Part shown: positions 43,911-53,363 of the stretch, piece after piece
Position numbering within the stretch: position 1 is the stretch's first letter
Layout of the letters: each line of letters starts with the position of its first letter
The notes under the pieces: model-generated
Told to the model about the DNA's origin: nothing
What the model saw: only the letters and a program-made list of their open reading frames with translations
The model's database searches: none
From: an uncultured Eubacteriales bacterium
GTDB taxonomy: Bacteria > Bacillota > Clostridia > Oscillospirales > Oscillospiraceae
Direction of reading: 5' to 3'
NCBI GenBank assembly: GCA_942492735.1
Contig: OW818648.1
Location: 2,245,591-2,309,590 of the forward strand
Length of the DNA stretch: 64,000 nucleotides
Position numbers and translations under genes: made by a program

Positions 43911-44965
43911 ACTTTGCCGAACAGGATTTGCTCTACCTTCCAATGCAGCTCCCAGACATTGCAGGTTTGATTTGCCAATATGATACTCGTTGTGTCGATA
44001 CCGGGATAATACGCCAGCATCGCCGCGACACCGGCACATTGACCTTCTTTATACATCCGAACAAGCGTGCCGCTGGTATCGTAGAAAAAGTGGCAGCCAA
44101 ATCCATTGATGATTTTGCCCCATTCTGAATTAGTTTCTATACCGGTTTGCGGTCTGAACATTTCTTCTGATAGTTCCTTCGTGAGCAGCATTCCGTTCTT
44201 TAATGCGTGTATGAAGATATCGAGATCGCCGACGCTTGTATAGGCCCCGCCGTCAGCCGTCCCGACAGGAGGGTACGAGTAAATATTCTTGCGCCATATC
44301 GGCGCGTCGTCGTGATCTGTGCCGCTTAAAAAGTAACCTTCAGCCATTTTTGCGACGCTGTCGTCCTTGGCGCTGAAGGCGGAATTATTCATACCGCATT
44401 TCTTAAATATTTCATTTTCAACAAATGTCTGATATCTTTGATTTGTCAATTTCTCAATGGCTAGTCCGAGTAGAACAAACGCACAGTTATTATATCTGAC
44501 GCCTGCTCCCGCTTTGAAGAGCGGTTCCTTATAAGCAAACTGCGGAAGGAAGTCGGTACAGCTCCTGATTGAATAATTGGGCTTGTCAATAAACAAAGCC
44601 TCATAAGATTCGCCCGCTTCCTCATCGGCGTCGTCCGCAATTCCCGATGTATGTGTGAGAAGCTGTGAAATCGTGACATCGGTAGGGATTTGAGTTCCCT
44701 TGAGATCAACTATTTCCGTAATCTTATCGCTGCGCTTCAATAAACCCCGGTCAATAAGCTGCAATATGGCGACTGCTGTAAACAGTTTTGTAACGGAGGC
44801 TGAATCAAACATCATATCAACAGTGTTCGGTATCAGGAAGCCCCGGTGCGCATATCCGTAAGCCCTGCTGAAGAGAATCGCGTCACCTTTTGCAACGCGT
44901 CCCGCGCCGGAAAAATAGTGTTCCTTGGCATATTCCTCAAACAGGGATGCAATTTGTTTTTCCAC
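43907..44965 (-). CDS. Serine hydrolase of the class C beta-lactamase/PBP-like family
   Basis: SxxK active-site motif (SASVTKLFTA) and a downstream YxN-like region. Confidence 0.7.
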   Translation of the reverse strand: MEKQIASLFEEYAKEHYFSGAGRVAKGDAILFSRAYGYAHRGFLIPNTVDMMFDSASVTKLFTAVAILQLIDRGLLKRSDKITEIVDLKGTQIPTDVTISQLLTHTSGIADDADEEAGESYEALFIDKPNYSIRSCTDFLPQFAYKEPLFKAGAGVRYNNCAFVLLGLAIEKLTNQRYQTFVENEIFKKCGMNNSAFSAKDDSVAKMAEGYFLSGTDHDDAPIWRKNIYSYPPVGTADGGAYTSVGDLDIFIHALKNGMLLTKELSEEMFRPQTGIETNSEWGKIINGFGCHFFYDTSGTLVRMYKEGQCAGVAAMLAYYPGIDTTSIILANQTCNVWELHWKVEQILFGKV

Positions 44966-45061
44966 TTTATCTCTCTCTCCCTATAGCGTAGCGTTGCATT
45001 GTGTTACAATCCTGATGAGATTTTACCATATGAAGCCATGAAATCAATACCAAAAGGAAGC

Positions 45062-45823
45062 ATGATGATGCCGGACGATATTCAACAGCTGAGAAACCGA
45101 GTGTCAGAGCTCGCACGCCGTTCGTTTTCAAAGCAGAGCTATACTTACTCGGAATTTCTCACGACGGCTGATCAGGACGTACTGCTCGGCATGAAATTTG
45201 AAGTGCATTCCTCATCGTTTACCCTTTTCGGCGGGTATGAGGATGCAGAACGAAAAGTAGCGCAATTCGGCAATGAAGCGCTTTGCGGTTATGACGAAAA
45301 GATACCGGTCGATTGCATCGCCATCCTGCCGCTCTCACAGAAATTTGCGGATATTCTGACGCATCGGGATTTTCTCGGTGCGCTGATGGCACTCGGCGTC
45401 CGCCGAAATGTTCTGGGCGATATTATTCTGCATGAGAATTGCGGCTACTTGTTCTGCCTGGATTCGATTTCTGATTTCATCGTCCGGGAATTTACGCAGG
45501 TCAAGCATACATCAGTGGGGTGCGAAATCATAGAAACACTACCTGATATTGCTGTTAAAAAACCTGATTTGACAAGCGTCAACGTCGCCTCAGAGCGGCT
45601 TGATGCGGTCATTGCCGCGGTTTATAAAATGCCGCGCGGCGAAAGCCAGGCGCTTTTCGACCGTGGTAAAGTGTATATCAACAGTCGGTTGACGGAGGAT
45701 ACAAGCCATAAATTGAATGATGGTTCAATTATATCAGTCCGCGGTTATGGACGGTTTATTTACGAAGGCATCGTCAAAGAAACCAAAAAAGGTCGTCTTT
45801 TTGTCAATGTGCGGATGTATTAA
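45062..45823 (+). CDS. ylmH: YlmH-like RNA-binding S4-domain protein
   Basis: The N-terminal FLT..E region and C-terminal S4-like region are typical of YlmH. The start is uncertain: candidate ATGs lie at 44999, 45062 and 45068. Confidence 0.5.
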   Translation: MMMPDDIQQLRNRVSELARRSFSKQSYTYSEFLTTADQDVLLGMKFEVHSSSFTLFGGYEDAERKVAQFGNEALCGYDEKIPVDCIAILPLSQKFADILTHRDFLGALMALGVRRNVLGDIILHENCGYLFCLDSISDFIVREFTQVKHTSVGCEIIETLPDIAVKKPDLTSVNVASERLDAVIAAVYKMPRGESQALFDRGKVYINSRLTEDTSHKLNDGSIISVRGYGRFIYEGIVKETKKGRLFVNVRMY

Positions 45824-45835
45824 GTGGAGATCAAT

Positions 45836-46336
45836 ATGGATTTACCAAAACGTAAACATCCCAGGCTGAAAGAATATGATTACGGCCAGAAAGGGATTTA
45901 TTTCATAACAATCTGCACCAACGTAAAGCAGTGCACACTATCCAAAATCGTAGGGCGCGGCTTCCTAGACGCGCCGCAGACCAGGCTTTCAGATTACGGA
46001 TTATGTGTTGATGGTGCTATAGAATATTTAGACGAGCATTCCGAATTACTTGAAGTAGATAAATATGTGATTATGCCAAATCATGTTCATCTATTGATCA
46101 CGATAATAAGCGATCAGAACGGCGGCGCGTCTGGGAAGCCGCGCCCTACGGATGCCGTGTTGCCGAAGTATGTATCGTCATTGAAAAGATATACAAATAG
46201 GGTCTGTGGAACCGATCTATGGCAGACTGGATATTATGACCACATTATTAGAGATGATAACGACTATATGATGAAGTGGCAATACATAGATAGTAATCCT
46301 GCCAAATGGATTGAGGATGAATATTACTCTGAATAG
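45836..46336 (+). CDS. tnpA: IS200/IS605-type HuH Y1 transposase (possibly REP-associated), solitary and with no recognisable element ends
   Basis: YFITICTN…MPNHVHLLI (HuH) and …YYDHII (catalytic Tyr region). A GGAG ribosome-binding site overlaps the stop codon of the preceding gene. Confidence 0.7.
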   Translation: MDLPKRKHPRLKEYDYGQKGIYFITICTNVKQCTLSKIVGRGFLDAPQTRLSDYGLCVDGAIEYLDEHSELLEVDKYVIMPNHVHLLITIISDQNGGASGKPRPTDAVLPKYVSSLKRYTNRVCGTDLWQTGYYDHIIRDDNDYMMKWQYIDSNPAKWIEDEYYSE

Positions 46337-46352
46337 CTTGTGAGGTGGAATT

Positions 46353-46760
46353 ATGTCTGAAATGCTGGCGGAATTAATCGCGCCTTGTGGGATGAACTGC
46401 AGGCTGTGCCTGGCTTACCAGAGGCAGACGAAGCCGTGCAAGGGCTGCAGGCCGGGATCGAACCGGTTATCATGCAGGAGCTGCAGAATTAAAAACTGTG
46501 CCGGAATGAAGGAAAGCGCACTGGGCTTTTGCTATAACTGCAAGGATTTTCCATGCAAAAGGCTTGCGCAGCTGGATAACCGTTATCGGACAAAATATCA
46601 TATGAGTGAAATTGAAAACCTGGAGTACATAAAAGAGCATGGTATGGAAGAATTCCTGCAATATGAGGAAAGGCGCTGGACATGTAAGAAATGCGGCAGC
46701 ATTATCTGTATCCACAGAGAAGTTTGCCCAAAATGTCGGGAGCCGTATTCCAGCCAATAA
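46353..46760 (+). CDS. DUF3795 Cys-rich protein
   Basis: CGMNCRLC…CKGCR…CRSCRIKNC…CYNC…FPC…CKKCG…CPKC pattern. Confidence 0.55.
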   Translation: MSEMLAELIAPCGMNCRLCLAYQRQTKPCKGCRPGSNRLSCRSCRIKNCAGMKESALGFCYNCKDFPCKRLAQLDNRYRTKYHMSEIENLEYIKEHGMEEFLQYEERRWTCKKCGSIICIHREVCPKCREPYSSQ

Positions 46761-46834
46761 CTGCTGTACAAGATTGCTTTAATTACTTAAAAGATAAGAT
46801 CATTGATAGTTGACAAGCAGGATGTGGACATGAC

Positions 46835-47440
46835 ATGAATATTGAGACGCTGATATCGCAGAGAAATAATGTGCAGGGCTTTGCTGCCAGTCTGACGAAG
46901 GAATATATAGAATTCCTTGTGCCGCTGCTTGCGGAAAAAAATGATGAAATACGATATCTGGCATTTCTCGTGTTATGTGAGCGGAGCGGAACGTATTCTG
47001 ATGTCTACCCGTATTGGGATTTGTTCGTATCAAAGCTGAGCAACGAAAACTCTTATCAGAGAACCATAGGCGTAACGCTTATAGGTGCTAATATCAAATG
47101 GGATGAAAAAAGGAAATTCGCCCGTATATTCCAGACTTTTATGAGCCTCTGCAACGATGAAAAATTCGTTACCTCAAGACTGACCATTCAGACAATCCCG
47201 GTCTGGGCGAAGCACGTTCCTGAGCTGCTCGACAAAACGGTGAATGAGCTTGTCCATATCAGCGTCAGAGGCCTGAAGGAGAGTCAGCGGAAGCTGATCC
47301 TGATGGATATCATCAACGCGCTCATCGTGATCCGTGAAATTAAGCCGTCCGATCAAATCACTCGCTATCTTATAGAGGCAATGACCGGCGGCCTTCTCGA
47401 TAGAAAAAGCGTGAAACAACTGGAACCGCAGAGGACGTAG
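46835..47440 (+). CDS. Hypothetical helical-repeat protein
   Basis: A 201-aa ORF with an AT-rich promoter-like region upstream and no diagnostic motif. Confidence 0.35.
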   Translation: MNIETLISQRNNVQGFAASLTKEYIEFLVPLLAEKNDEIRYLAFLVLCERSGTYSDVYPYWDLFVSKLSNENSYQRTIGVTLIGANIKWDEKRKFARIFQTFMSLCNDEKFVTSRLTIQTIPVWAKHVPELLDKTVNELVHISVRGLKESQRKLILMDIINALIVIREIKPSDQITRYLIEAMTGGLLDRKSVKQLEPQRT

Positions 47441-47458
47441 TACATATGCTGGCATGAG

Positions 47459-48160
47459 GTGAATTTCTTGACGAACGACCAATACCGGGTAATTGAAGAT
47501 TATATGCTCGCCTGTATGAAGGACAGCGCGCATGATAAGGAGCATATTTACAGAGTGCTTTACGTCGCGCTGGACATTGCGCAATATGAGGGATACATCG
47601 ATGAGGACGTGCTTATTGCAGCCTGCCTTCTGCACGATATCGGAAGGGAAGAGCAGAACGAGAACCCGGCCGTTTGCCACGCATTAGCCGGCGGCGAAAA
47701 AGCGTATACGTTTTTGACCTCCAACGGATGGAAAGAGGATCGGGCACAGCACGTGAAGGCCTGCATCGCATCGCACCGGTACAGAACAGACCTGCAGCCT
47801 CAGAGTATTGAAGCAAAAATCGTGTTCGACGCCGACAAGATCGACGCCACGGGCACCCTCGGCATCGCCAGAACAATCCTTTTTCGCGGCGACGGTGTGG
47901 AACCGCTGTATTCTTTTTTACCGGATGGTTCTGTTTCCGACGGCAGCCATACGCTGGAACCCTCTTTTTTTCAGGAGTATAAATTCAAGCTTGAGAAGCT
48001 CTACGATAAGTTCTATACAAAACGCGGTGTTGAAATAGCTAAAGAACGGCAGCATTCAGCCATCGCTTTCTATGACAGCATGCTGGAGGAAGTCCAATCA
48101 TCATATCAGCCGGGGAATGGTTTACTTATCAACATTTTGGCAAAAGGGGATAATTATTAA
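47459..48160 (+). CDS. HD-domain metal-dependent phosphohydrolase
   Basis: H…HD motif (HIYRVLYVALDIA…ACLLHDIGR) and a downstream D.DK.D region. Confidence 0.7.
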   Translation: MNFLTNDQYRVIEDYMLACMKDSAHDKEHIYRVLYVALDIAQYEGYIDEDVLIAACLLHDIGREEQNENPAVCHALAGGEKAYTFLTSNGWKEDRAQHVKACIASHRYRTDLQPQSIEAKIVFDADKIDATGTLGIARTILFRGDGVEPLYSFLPDGSVSDGSHTLEPSFFQEYKFKLEKLYDKFYTKRGVEIAKERQHSAIAFYDSMLEEVQSSYQPGNGLLINILAKGDNY

Positions 48161-48184
48161 TTTTCCTGCGTAAACCACAAAAAC

Positions 48185-48218
48185 GCCTCAACGGAATAAA
48201 CCGTTGAGGCATTTTTTT
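48185..48218 (+). terminator. Intrinsic terminator
   Basis: gcctcaacgg-aataaa-ccgttgaggc: a perfect 10-bp stem followed by attttttt. Confidence 0.8.
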
Positions 48219-48277
48219 ATCGTAAGGATTTATGTGATTGGGAATCTCAAGGATTTTCAGTCACATGATGTAAGTAA

Positions 48278-49456
48278 TTAACCTAATGCTGCGATGATTT
48301 CCGGTATGACCTTATAGAGGTCGCCAACGATGCCGTAATCAGCGACTTCAAAGATGGGGGCATTTTCATTCTTGTTGATGGCAACGATATAGCCGGACTT
48401 CTGCATACCGGCAAGGTGCTGAATAGCGCCGGAGATACCGCAGGCGATATACAGGTCGGGCTTAACAGTTGTACCGGTCTGTCCGACCTGATGGGCGTGG
48501 TCAATCCAGCCAGCGTCAACAGCGGCACGTGAAGAGCCGACAACGCCGCCAAGGCGGTCAGCCAGCTGCTTGATGAGCTTGAAGCCTTCGGGATTGCCGA
48601 GGCCGGCACCGCCGGATACAATGATCTTAGCGTCGACAAGGGAGACCTTCTCGGTGAGACCCTTGACAAGCTCCAGAACCTGCATGCGGATATCGTTTTC
48701 TTTGAAAGCGACGGTCAGGTTGATGAGTTCGCCCTTCTGACCTTTAACTTTCTTCGGCTTCTCCATGACGCCGGGACGAACAGTCGACATCTGCGGACGG
48801 TGATTCGGGCAGAGAATCGTGGCCATGAGGTTGCCGCCGAAGGCCGGACGTGTCTGCATGAGCTTTTTATCAGTCGGGTCGATGTCGAGTTTTGTGCAGT
48901 CGGCGGTGAGGCCTGTACCGCACTGAACGGCGAGGCAGGGACCAAGGTCGCGGCCGATATGCGTCGCGCCGAGGATGACGATTTCGGGTTTATACTTCAG
49001 AATCGCCTGATATATGACCTTTGTATAGGCGTCCGTGTTGTAGGTTACGAGCTCAGGCGCGCTGGCATAGTAGACCTTATCGGCGCCGTTTTCAAACAGT
49101 TCTTCAACAAGTCCGTCAACCTTATCGCCCAGGAGAATCGCGCAAAGCTTACAACCAATTTCGCCCGCCAGCTTTTTGCCTTCGCCGAGGAGCTCAATGG
49201 AAACACCCATGAGCTTGCCTTCACGCTGCTCAGCAAAGACCCAAACGTCGTGATAAAGTGTGATGTCAACACCTTTTTTTGCTTCATCGAGCTTTTCGAT
49301 GGCGGCAAACGGGCAGACCTCGATGCAAGCGCCGCAGCTTGTGCAAGCCGCACCGATGACAGCCAGTCGTTCGTTCATTGTGATCGCGTCAAAGGGGCAA
49401 GCCTTGATGCATTTTTGGCAGCCCTTACATTTGTCATCTATTATTCTAACAGCCAT
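48278..49456 (-). CDS. etfA: Electron-transfer flavoprotein alpha subunit with an N-terminal 2x[4Fe-4S] ferredoxin domain
   Basis: [12 protein letters not shown] and [12 protein letters not shown] clusters, then an ETF-alpha FAD-binding domain. Confidence 0.85.
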   Translation of the reverse strand: MAVRIIDDKCKGCQKCIKACPFDAITMNERLAVIGAACTSCGACIEVCPFAAIEKLDEAKKGVDITLYHDVWVFAEQREGKLMGVSIELLGEGKKLAGEIGCKLCAILLGDKVDGLVEELFENGADKVYYASAPELVTYNTDAYTKVIYQAILKYKPEIVILGATHIGRDLGPCLAVQCGTGLTADCTKLDIDPTDKKLMQTRPAFGGNLMATILCPNHRPQMSTVRPGVMEKPKKVKGQKGELINLTVAFKENDIRMQVLELVKGLTEKVSLVDAKIIVSGGAGLGNPEGFKLIKQLADRLGGVVGSSRAAVDAGWIDHAHQVGQTGTTVKPDLYIACGISGAIQHLAGMQKSGYIVAINKNENAPIFEVADYGIVGDLYKVIPEIIAALG

Positions 49457-49477
49457 TTATGTCACATCCCTTCGTTA

Positions 49478-50266
49478 TTACAGCACATGTTTTTCGGTCA
49501 GCTTCTTGACTAAAGCGGAAGCCATCTCAGGAACAGTGCCGACAAGCATTTCGCCCTTACCCTTTGGTGCAGGCGTGAAGCTTCTCCACACCTGAGTCGG
49601 GCTGGCCTTCAGACCGGCGTCCTCGGGAGAGAGATTGACATCGATTTCAGTCCAGGTGGCGATTGTTTTTTTGTAAGCCGCTTCAATCTGCGCGATGGAC
49701 ATATAACGGGGCTCGTTAAGTTCCTTAACAGCTGTGAGAAGGCACGGCTTCTTGACTTCGATGACTTCGTAGCCGTCTTCAAGATTGCGCTCCACGACAA
49801 CGGTTTTCTCTTTGATCTCGCGTATTTTCTGGACATACGTGACAGAGGGGATGCCAAGACGCTGCGCTGTCTGAGGGCCAACCTGGGCGGTGTCGCCGTC
49901 GATAGCCTGACGGCCGGCGAAAATGATGTCATAGCTGCCGATTTTTCTGATACCGGCGGCGATTGTCGTGGATGTCGCGCAGGTGTCAGCGCCGCCAAAT
50001 GCGCGACTGGAGAGCAAAACTGCATCGTCAGCGCCCATTGCCAGACATTCTCTAAGCATGTAAGTCGCCTGTGGGGGACCCATGGAGATAACGGTTACGG
50101 TTGTGTCGGGATATCTGTCCTTCAATTCGAGCGCCGCCTCGAGTGCGTTGGCATCATCGGGGTTTAGTATGGAGGGGACGCCATCACGGATCAGCGTGCC
50201 CTTGATGGGGTCGATTTTAACCTCATTTGTATCAGGAACCTGTTTTACACAGACAATTATTTTCAT
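49478..50266 (-). CDS. etfB: Electron-transfer flavoprotein beta subunit
   Basis: MKIIVCVKQVPDT… ETF-beta N-terminus. Confidence 0.85.
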   Translation of the reverse strand: MKIIVCVKQVPDTNEVKIDPIKGTLIRDGVPSILNPDDANALEAALELKDRYPDTTVTVISMGPPQATYMLRECLAMGADDAVLLSSRAFGGADTCATSTTIAAGIRKIGSYDIIFAGRQAIDGDTAQVGPQTAQRLGIPSVTYVQKIREIKEKTVVVERNLEDGYEVIEVKKPCLLTAVKELNEPRYMSIAQIEAAYKKTIATWTEIDVNLSPEDAGLKASPTQVWRSFTPAPKGKGEMLVGTVPEMASALVKKLTEKHVL

Positions 50267-50283
50267 ATACGAACTCCTTTACT

Positions 50284-51426
50284 TTACTTCAGCAGGTTGC
50301 CGGCGATGACCATCTGCTGAACCTGGGAAGTACCCTCGAAGATGGTGAAAACGCGGCAGTCGCGGTAAATGCGCTCAACCTTGTACTCGTGGATATAACC
50401 GTAACCGCCGTGGATCTGTACGGCTTGGGCAGCGATTTCATTGCAGACTTCGGTCGCGTAATACTTTGCCATAGAAGCGGCCTGACCAACCTCTGGGCTA
50501 CCGGTGTCCTTCAGCTGAGCGGCTCTGTAAACCAGTTCTTTTGCGGCTTGCAGCTTCGTCGCCATATCGGCAAGCATGAAGCTGATGGCCTGGAAATCGG
50601 CGATGCGGCGGCCGAATTGCTTTCTTTCTTTGGCATAACGGACGGATTCCTCGAGCGCGCCTTGGGCGACGCCAATGGACATGGCGGCAACGCCTATACG
50701 GCCGATATCGAGTGTTTTCATGGCATTTGTAAAGCCCTTGCCCTCTTCACCGAGCATGTCGTCTTTATGAACACGGACATCTTCCATGATGATGTCGGAT
50801 GTCGGACAGCCCTTAAGGCCCATTTTATGCTCGTTCTTGCCACAAGAGACGCCAGGTAGCTTCATGTCCATGATGAACGCGGAAATGCCCTTGGAGCCTT
50901 TCTGGGTGCGGTCGGTCTTTGCGTAAATAATGCTCCAATCGGCGACAGGAGCCGTTGTGATAAACGTTTTGCGTCCGTTTAATATCCAGTAGTCGCCATC
51001 CTTTACAGCGGTGGTCGTTGTTCCGCCGGCGTCTGAACCGGCATTCGGTTCGGTTAGACCAAACGCCATGATTTTCTCGCCTCTGGCGACCGGTGTGAGA
51101 TATTTTTGAAGCTGCTCCGGCGTGCCGGCCAGCATCAGCGGTCCGCCGCCGAGGGAGTTCGGGGCAGATGCCCAGATCGTCGTCACGGCGCTGACGCGTG
51201 CGAGTTCTTCCATTGTGATAGCATATGACAGATAATCGGAACCCTGTCCGCCGTATTGGACCGGCGTCTTAATGCCGTAAAACCCTGCTTTTGCCATCTT
51301 GTCAAGCAGTTCCGTCGGGTATTCGCTTGTGTCTTCGATTTGATCCAATACATCCTTTGTCAGTTCTTTTTCGGCAAAGTCGCGGGCCAGTTTCCGAACA
51401 AGTTCATGCTTTTCAGAAAAAATCAT
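50284..51426 (-). CDS. bcd: Short-chain (butyryl-CoA) acyl-CoA dehydrogenase
   Basis: Acyl-CoA dehydrogenase fold with a catalytic-Glu C-terminus (…YEGTSQVQ…). I placed the start at the ATG at 51426, which has an AGGAGG ribosome-binding site. Confidence 0.85.
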   Translation of the reverse strand: MIFSEKHELVRKLARDFAEKELTKDVLDQIEDTSEYPTELLDKMAKAGFYGIKTPVQYGGQGSDYLSYAITMEELARVSAVTTIWASAPNSLGGGPLMLAGTPEQLQKYLTPVARGEKIMAFGLTEPNAGSDAGGTTTTAVKDGDYWILNGRKTFITTAPVADWSIIYAKTDRTQKGSKGISAFIMDMKLPGVSCGKNEHKMGLKGCPTSDIIMEDVRVHKDDMLGEEGKGFTNAMKTLDIGRIGVAAMSIGVAQGALEESVRYAKERKQFGRRIADFQAISFMLADMATKLQAAKELVYRAAQLKDTGSPEVGQAASMAKYYATEVCNEIAAQAVQIHGGYGYIHEYKVERIYRDCRVFTIFEGTSQVQQMVIAGNLLK

Positions 51427-51588
51427 TATTCTTCCTCCTATGCTCATACTAAAATTGTTATTTATATCCCAACTATAACTCGGAAAATAAAGCTAAAATA
51501 TACAACTGTCATATGCATTTATCGCCATTATGACTGCTATTATAAATGTTAGATAAAAATATTGTATTATTTTGTTTAATACTTTTTC

Positions 51589-52455
51589 TTGAATATATTC
51601 ATGTTTCATGCTAAATTAATGCCATTGGGATACATAATTATAGGTATAATGTACTCTTGCGGTGAAAGGATGGTTGCGTTGAGTTCCACACTGTTTGACT
51701 ATGAATGGCAATTTCTCCTGCAGATGGTCTCGCGAATCAATTATTGTGAGACATATATCGAGACATGTGACACAATTCTTCAGCAGATGAGGACGCTTAT
51801 TCCGTTTCAGACAGGCATCATCTTCCAGGCTGGAAGGGAAAACGGCCGCGTCATCCTCGATAATCCGGTATCGACCGAGACACTTGATGACAGTTCCGAC
51901 CACACCTTTTTTACGGAAGGCAACTATCCGCATTGGAACGAATTTATCATGGCCCCGTACAGCATCGTTTTCAGGCAGTCAGATATTATAGCGCCGTCTA
52001 AAATGGAGAAGACAAGGGTTTACCGTGAGATATGGCAGCAAAGGAACATCTACTGGGGTCTTTTTGTTTCGCTTGTTTACAAGGACTGTCCTCTCGCTGT
52101 CGTGGGCTTGATGCGCGAAAAGAGCGATGAAGATTTTTCGGCCAGGGATATCTACATCATGAATACACTCAAGGATCCGCTGGAGCGCAAGTTTTATAGT
52201 TTGCTCGAGGGAAAGATGCGTCGGAGCGGCAATTTCTCACATCCGGAACGAATCGCAAAAACAGCATCACGATACGGACTGACGAAACGCGAGACGGAGA
52301 TTGTCGCGCTTGTCTGCAGCAGCAAGAGCAGCGAAGATATGTGCCAGCAGCTCTATATCACCCATGCGACATTATCAAAACACCTGTCGAACATCTACTC
52401 AAAAACGAAGGTACGCAACAGAACGCAGCTTTTCGGGCTTTTCAACGATGCCTGA
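51589..52455 (+). CDS. LuxR-family transcriptional regulator (N-terminal sensor-like domain, C-terminal LuxR HTH)
   Basis: C-terminal LTKRETEIVALVCSSKSSEDMCQQLYITHATLSKHLSNIYSKTKVRNRTQL. It is divergent from the bcd operon. Confidence 0.65.
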   Translation: MNIFMFHAKLMPLGYIIIGIMYSCGERMVALSSTLFDYEWQFLLQMVSRINYCETYIETCDTILQQMRTLIPFQTGIIFQAGRENGRVILDNPVSTETLDDSSDHTFFTEGNYPHWNEFIMAPYSIVFRQSDIIAPSKMEKTRVYREIWQQRNIYWGLFVSLVYKDCPLAVVGLMREKSDEDFSARDIYIMNTLKDPLERKFYSLLEGKMRRSGNFSHPERIAKTASRYGLTKRETEIVALVCSSKSSEDMCQQLYITHATLSKHLSNIYSKTKVRNRTQLFGLFNDA

Positions 52456-52652
52456 TGCTTGACCTGCGTGACTTGTAAATACAAGTCAACGTTTATCCCA
52501 CTGAGCAATTATTTTATATGCTGACGACTCTTTTTGCAATGTGTAATATTAGAAAATTCAACTATCTTTTTATACTTTGATTTGATTTATCGGACAAAGG
52601 AAACATTTACATAAGTAAAATACGCGATTATGCAAAATACAAACAGTTTTAA

Positions 52653-52670
52653 AATTCATTATAATGAATT
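52653..52670. promoter_or_regulatory. Perfect 18-bp palindrome AATTCATTATAATGAATT, a candidate Fur-family (PerR-like) operator upstream of rubrerythrin
   Basis: It has an ATTATAAT core and sits 30 nt upstream of the rbr start, overlapping a likely -10 element. Confidence 0.35.
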
Positions 52671-52701
52671 GCTACTATTTGAAGAGGAGCGAAAATTAAG
52701 T

Positions 52702-53244
52702 ATGAAAGAACTAAAGGGCAGTAAAACGGCCGAAAACCTTATGACGGCGTTTTCAGGCGAATCACAGGCGAGAAACAAGTATTCCTATTATGCGTCCAAG
52801 GCGAAAAAAGACGGGTACGAGCAGATCGCCGCCATTTTTGAAGAAACAGCAGCCAACGAAAAAGAGCATGCAAAGTTGTGGTTCAAACTTCTGCATAACG
52901 GCGATGTGCCGGACACCCTGACAAACCTGAATGATGCGGCAGCCGGTGAAAATTACGAATGGACCGACATGTATGCCTCATTTGCCAAGGTCGCGCATGA
53001 AGAAGGGTTTGACGACATCGCCAAGCAGTTTGAAGGCGTTGCTAACGTCGAAAAGGTCCATGAAGAGCGATATAGAAAGCTGATCGCCAATGTCACAGGC
53101 GGACTTGTATTCTCGAAGGATCATGACGTCATCTGGCAGTGCGCGAACTGCGGCCACATTGAGATCGGGAAAAAAGCACCTGCCGAATGCCCCGTATGTG
53201 CGCACCCGCAGGCCTATTTCCAGCTTCGCGCGGAAAACTATTAA
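52702..53244 (+). CDS. rbr: Rubrerythrin
   Basis: [27 protein letters not shown]… diiron four-helix domain plus a C-terminal rubredoxin-like CANCG…CPVC. Confidence 0.8.
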   Translation: MKELKGSKTAENLMTAFSGESQARNKYSYYASKAKKDGYEQIAAIFEETAANEKEHAKLWFKLLHNGDVPDTLTNLNDAAAGENYEWTDMYASFAKVAHEEGFDDIAKQFEGVANVEKVHEERYRKLIANVTGGLVFSKDHDVIWQCANCGHIEIGKKAPAECPVCAHPQAYFQLRAENY

Positions 53245-53265
53245 GTATTAAATAATACCTTTCCA

Positions 53266-53349
53266 GAACGGCCAATGGCCGCTCCCTACGATATGTTGTG
53301 GTCCGTACAGAAACGCACAATATATGTAGGGGCGGCCATTGGCCGTCCG
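53266..53349. repeat. Palindromic intergenic element (family 4, ggccaatggccgctccctacg…cgtaggggcggccattggcc)
   Basis: A 22-bp near-perfect inverted repeat between the convergent rbr and fdhD genes. Confidence 0.7.
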
Positions 53350-53363
53350 TCGTTTTGTAACTT

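Noticed and set aside
51448-51590. Rex (redox-sensing repressor) operator upstream of the bcd operon
   Set aside because: Only a lone TTGTTA half-site is present, with no matching TAACAA partner at the right spacing.
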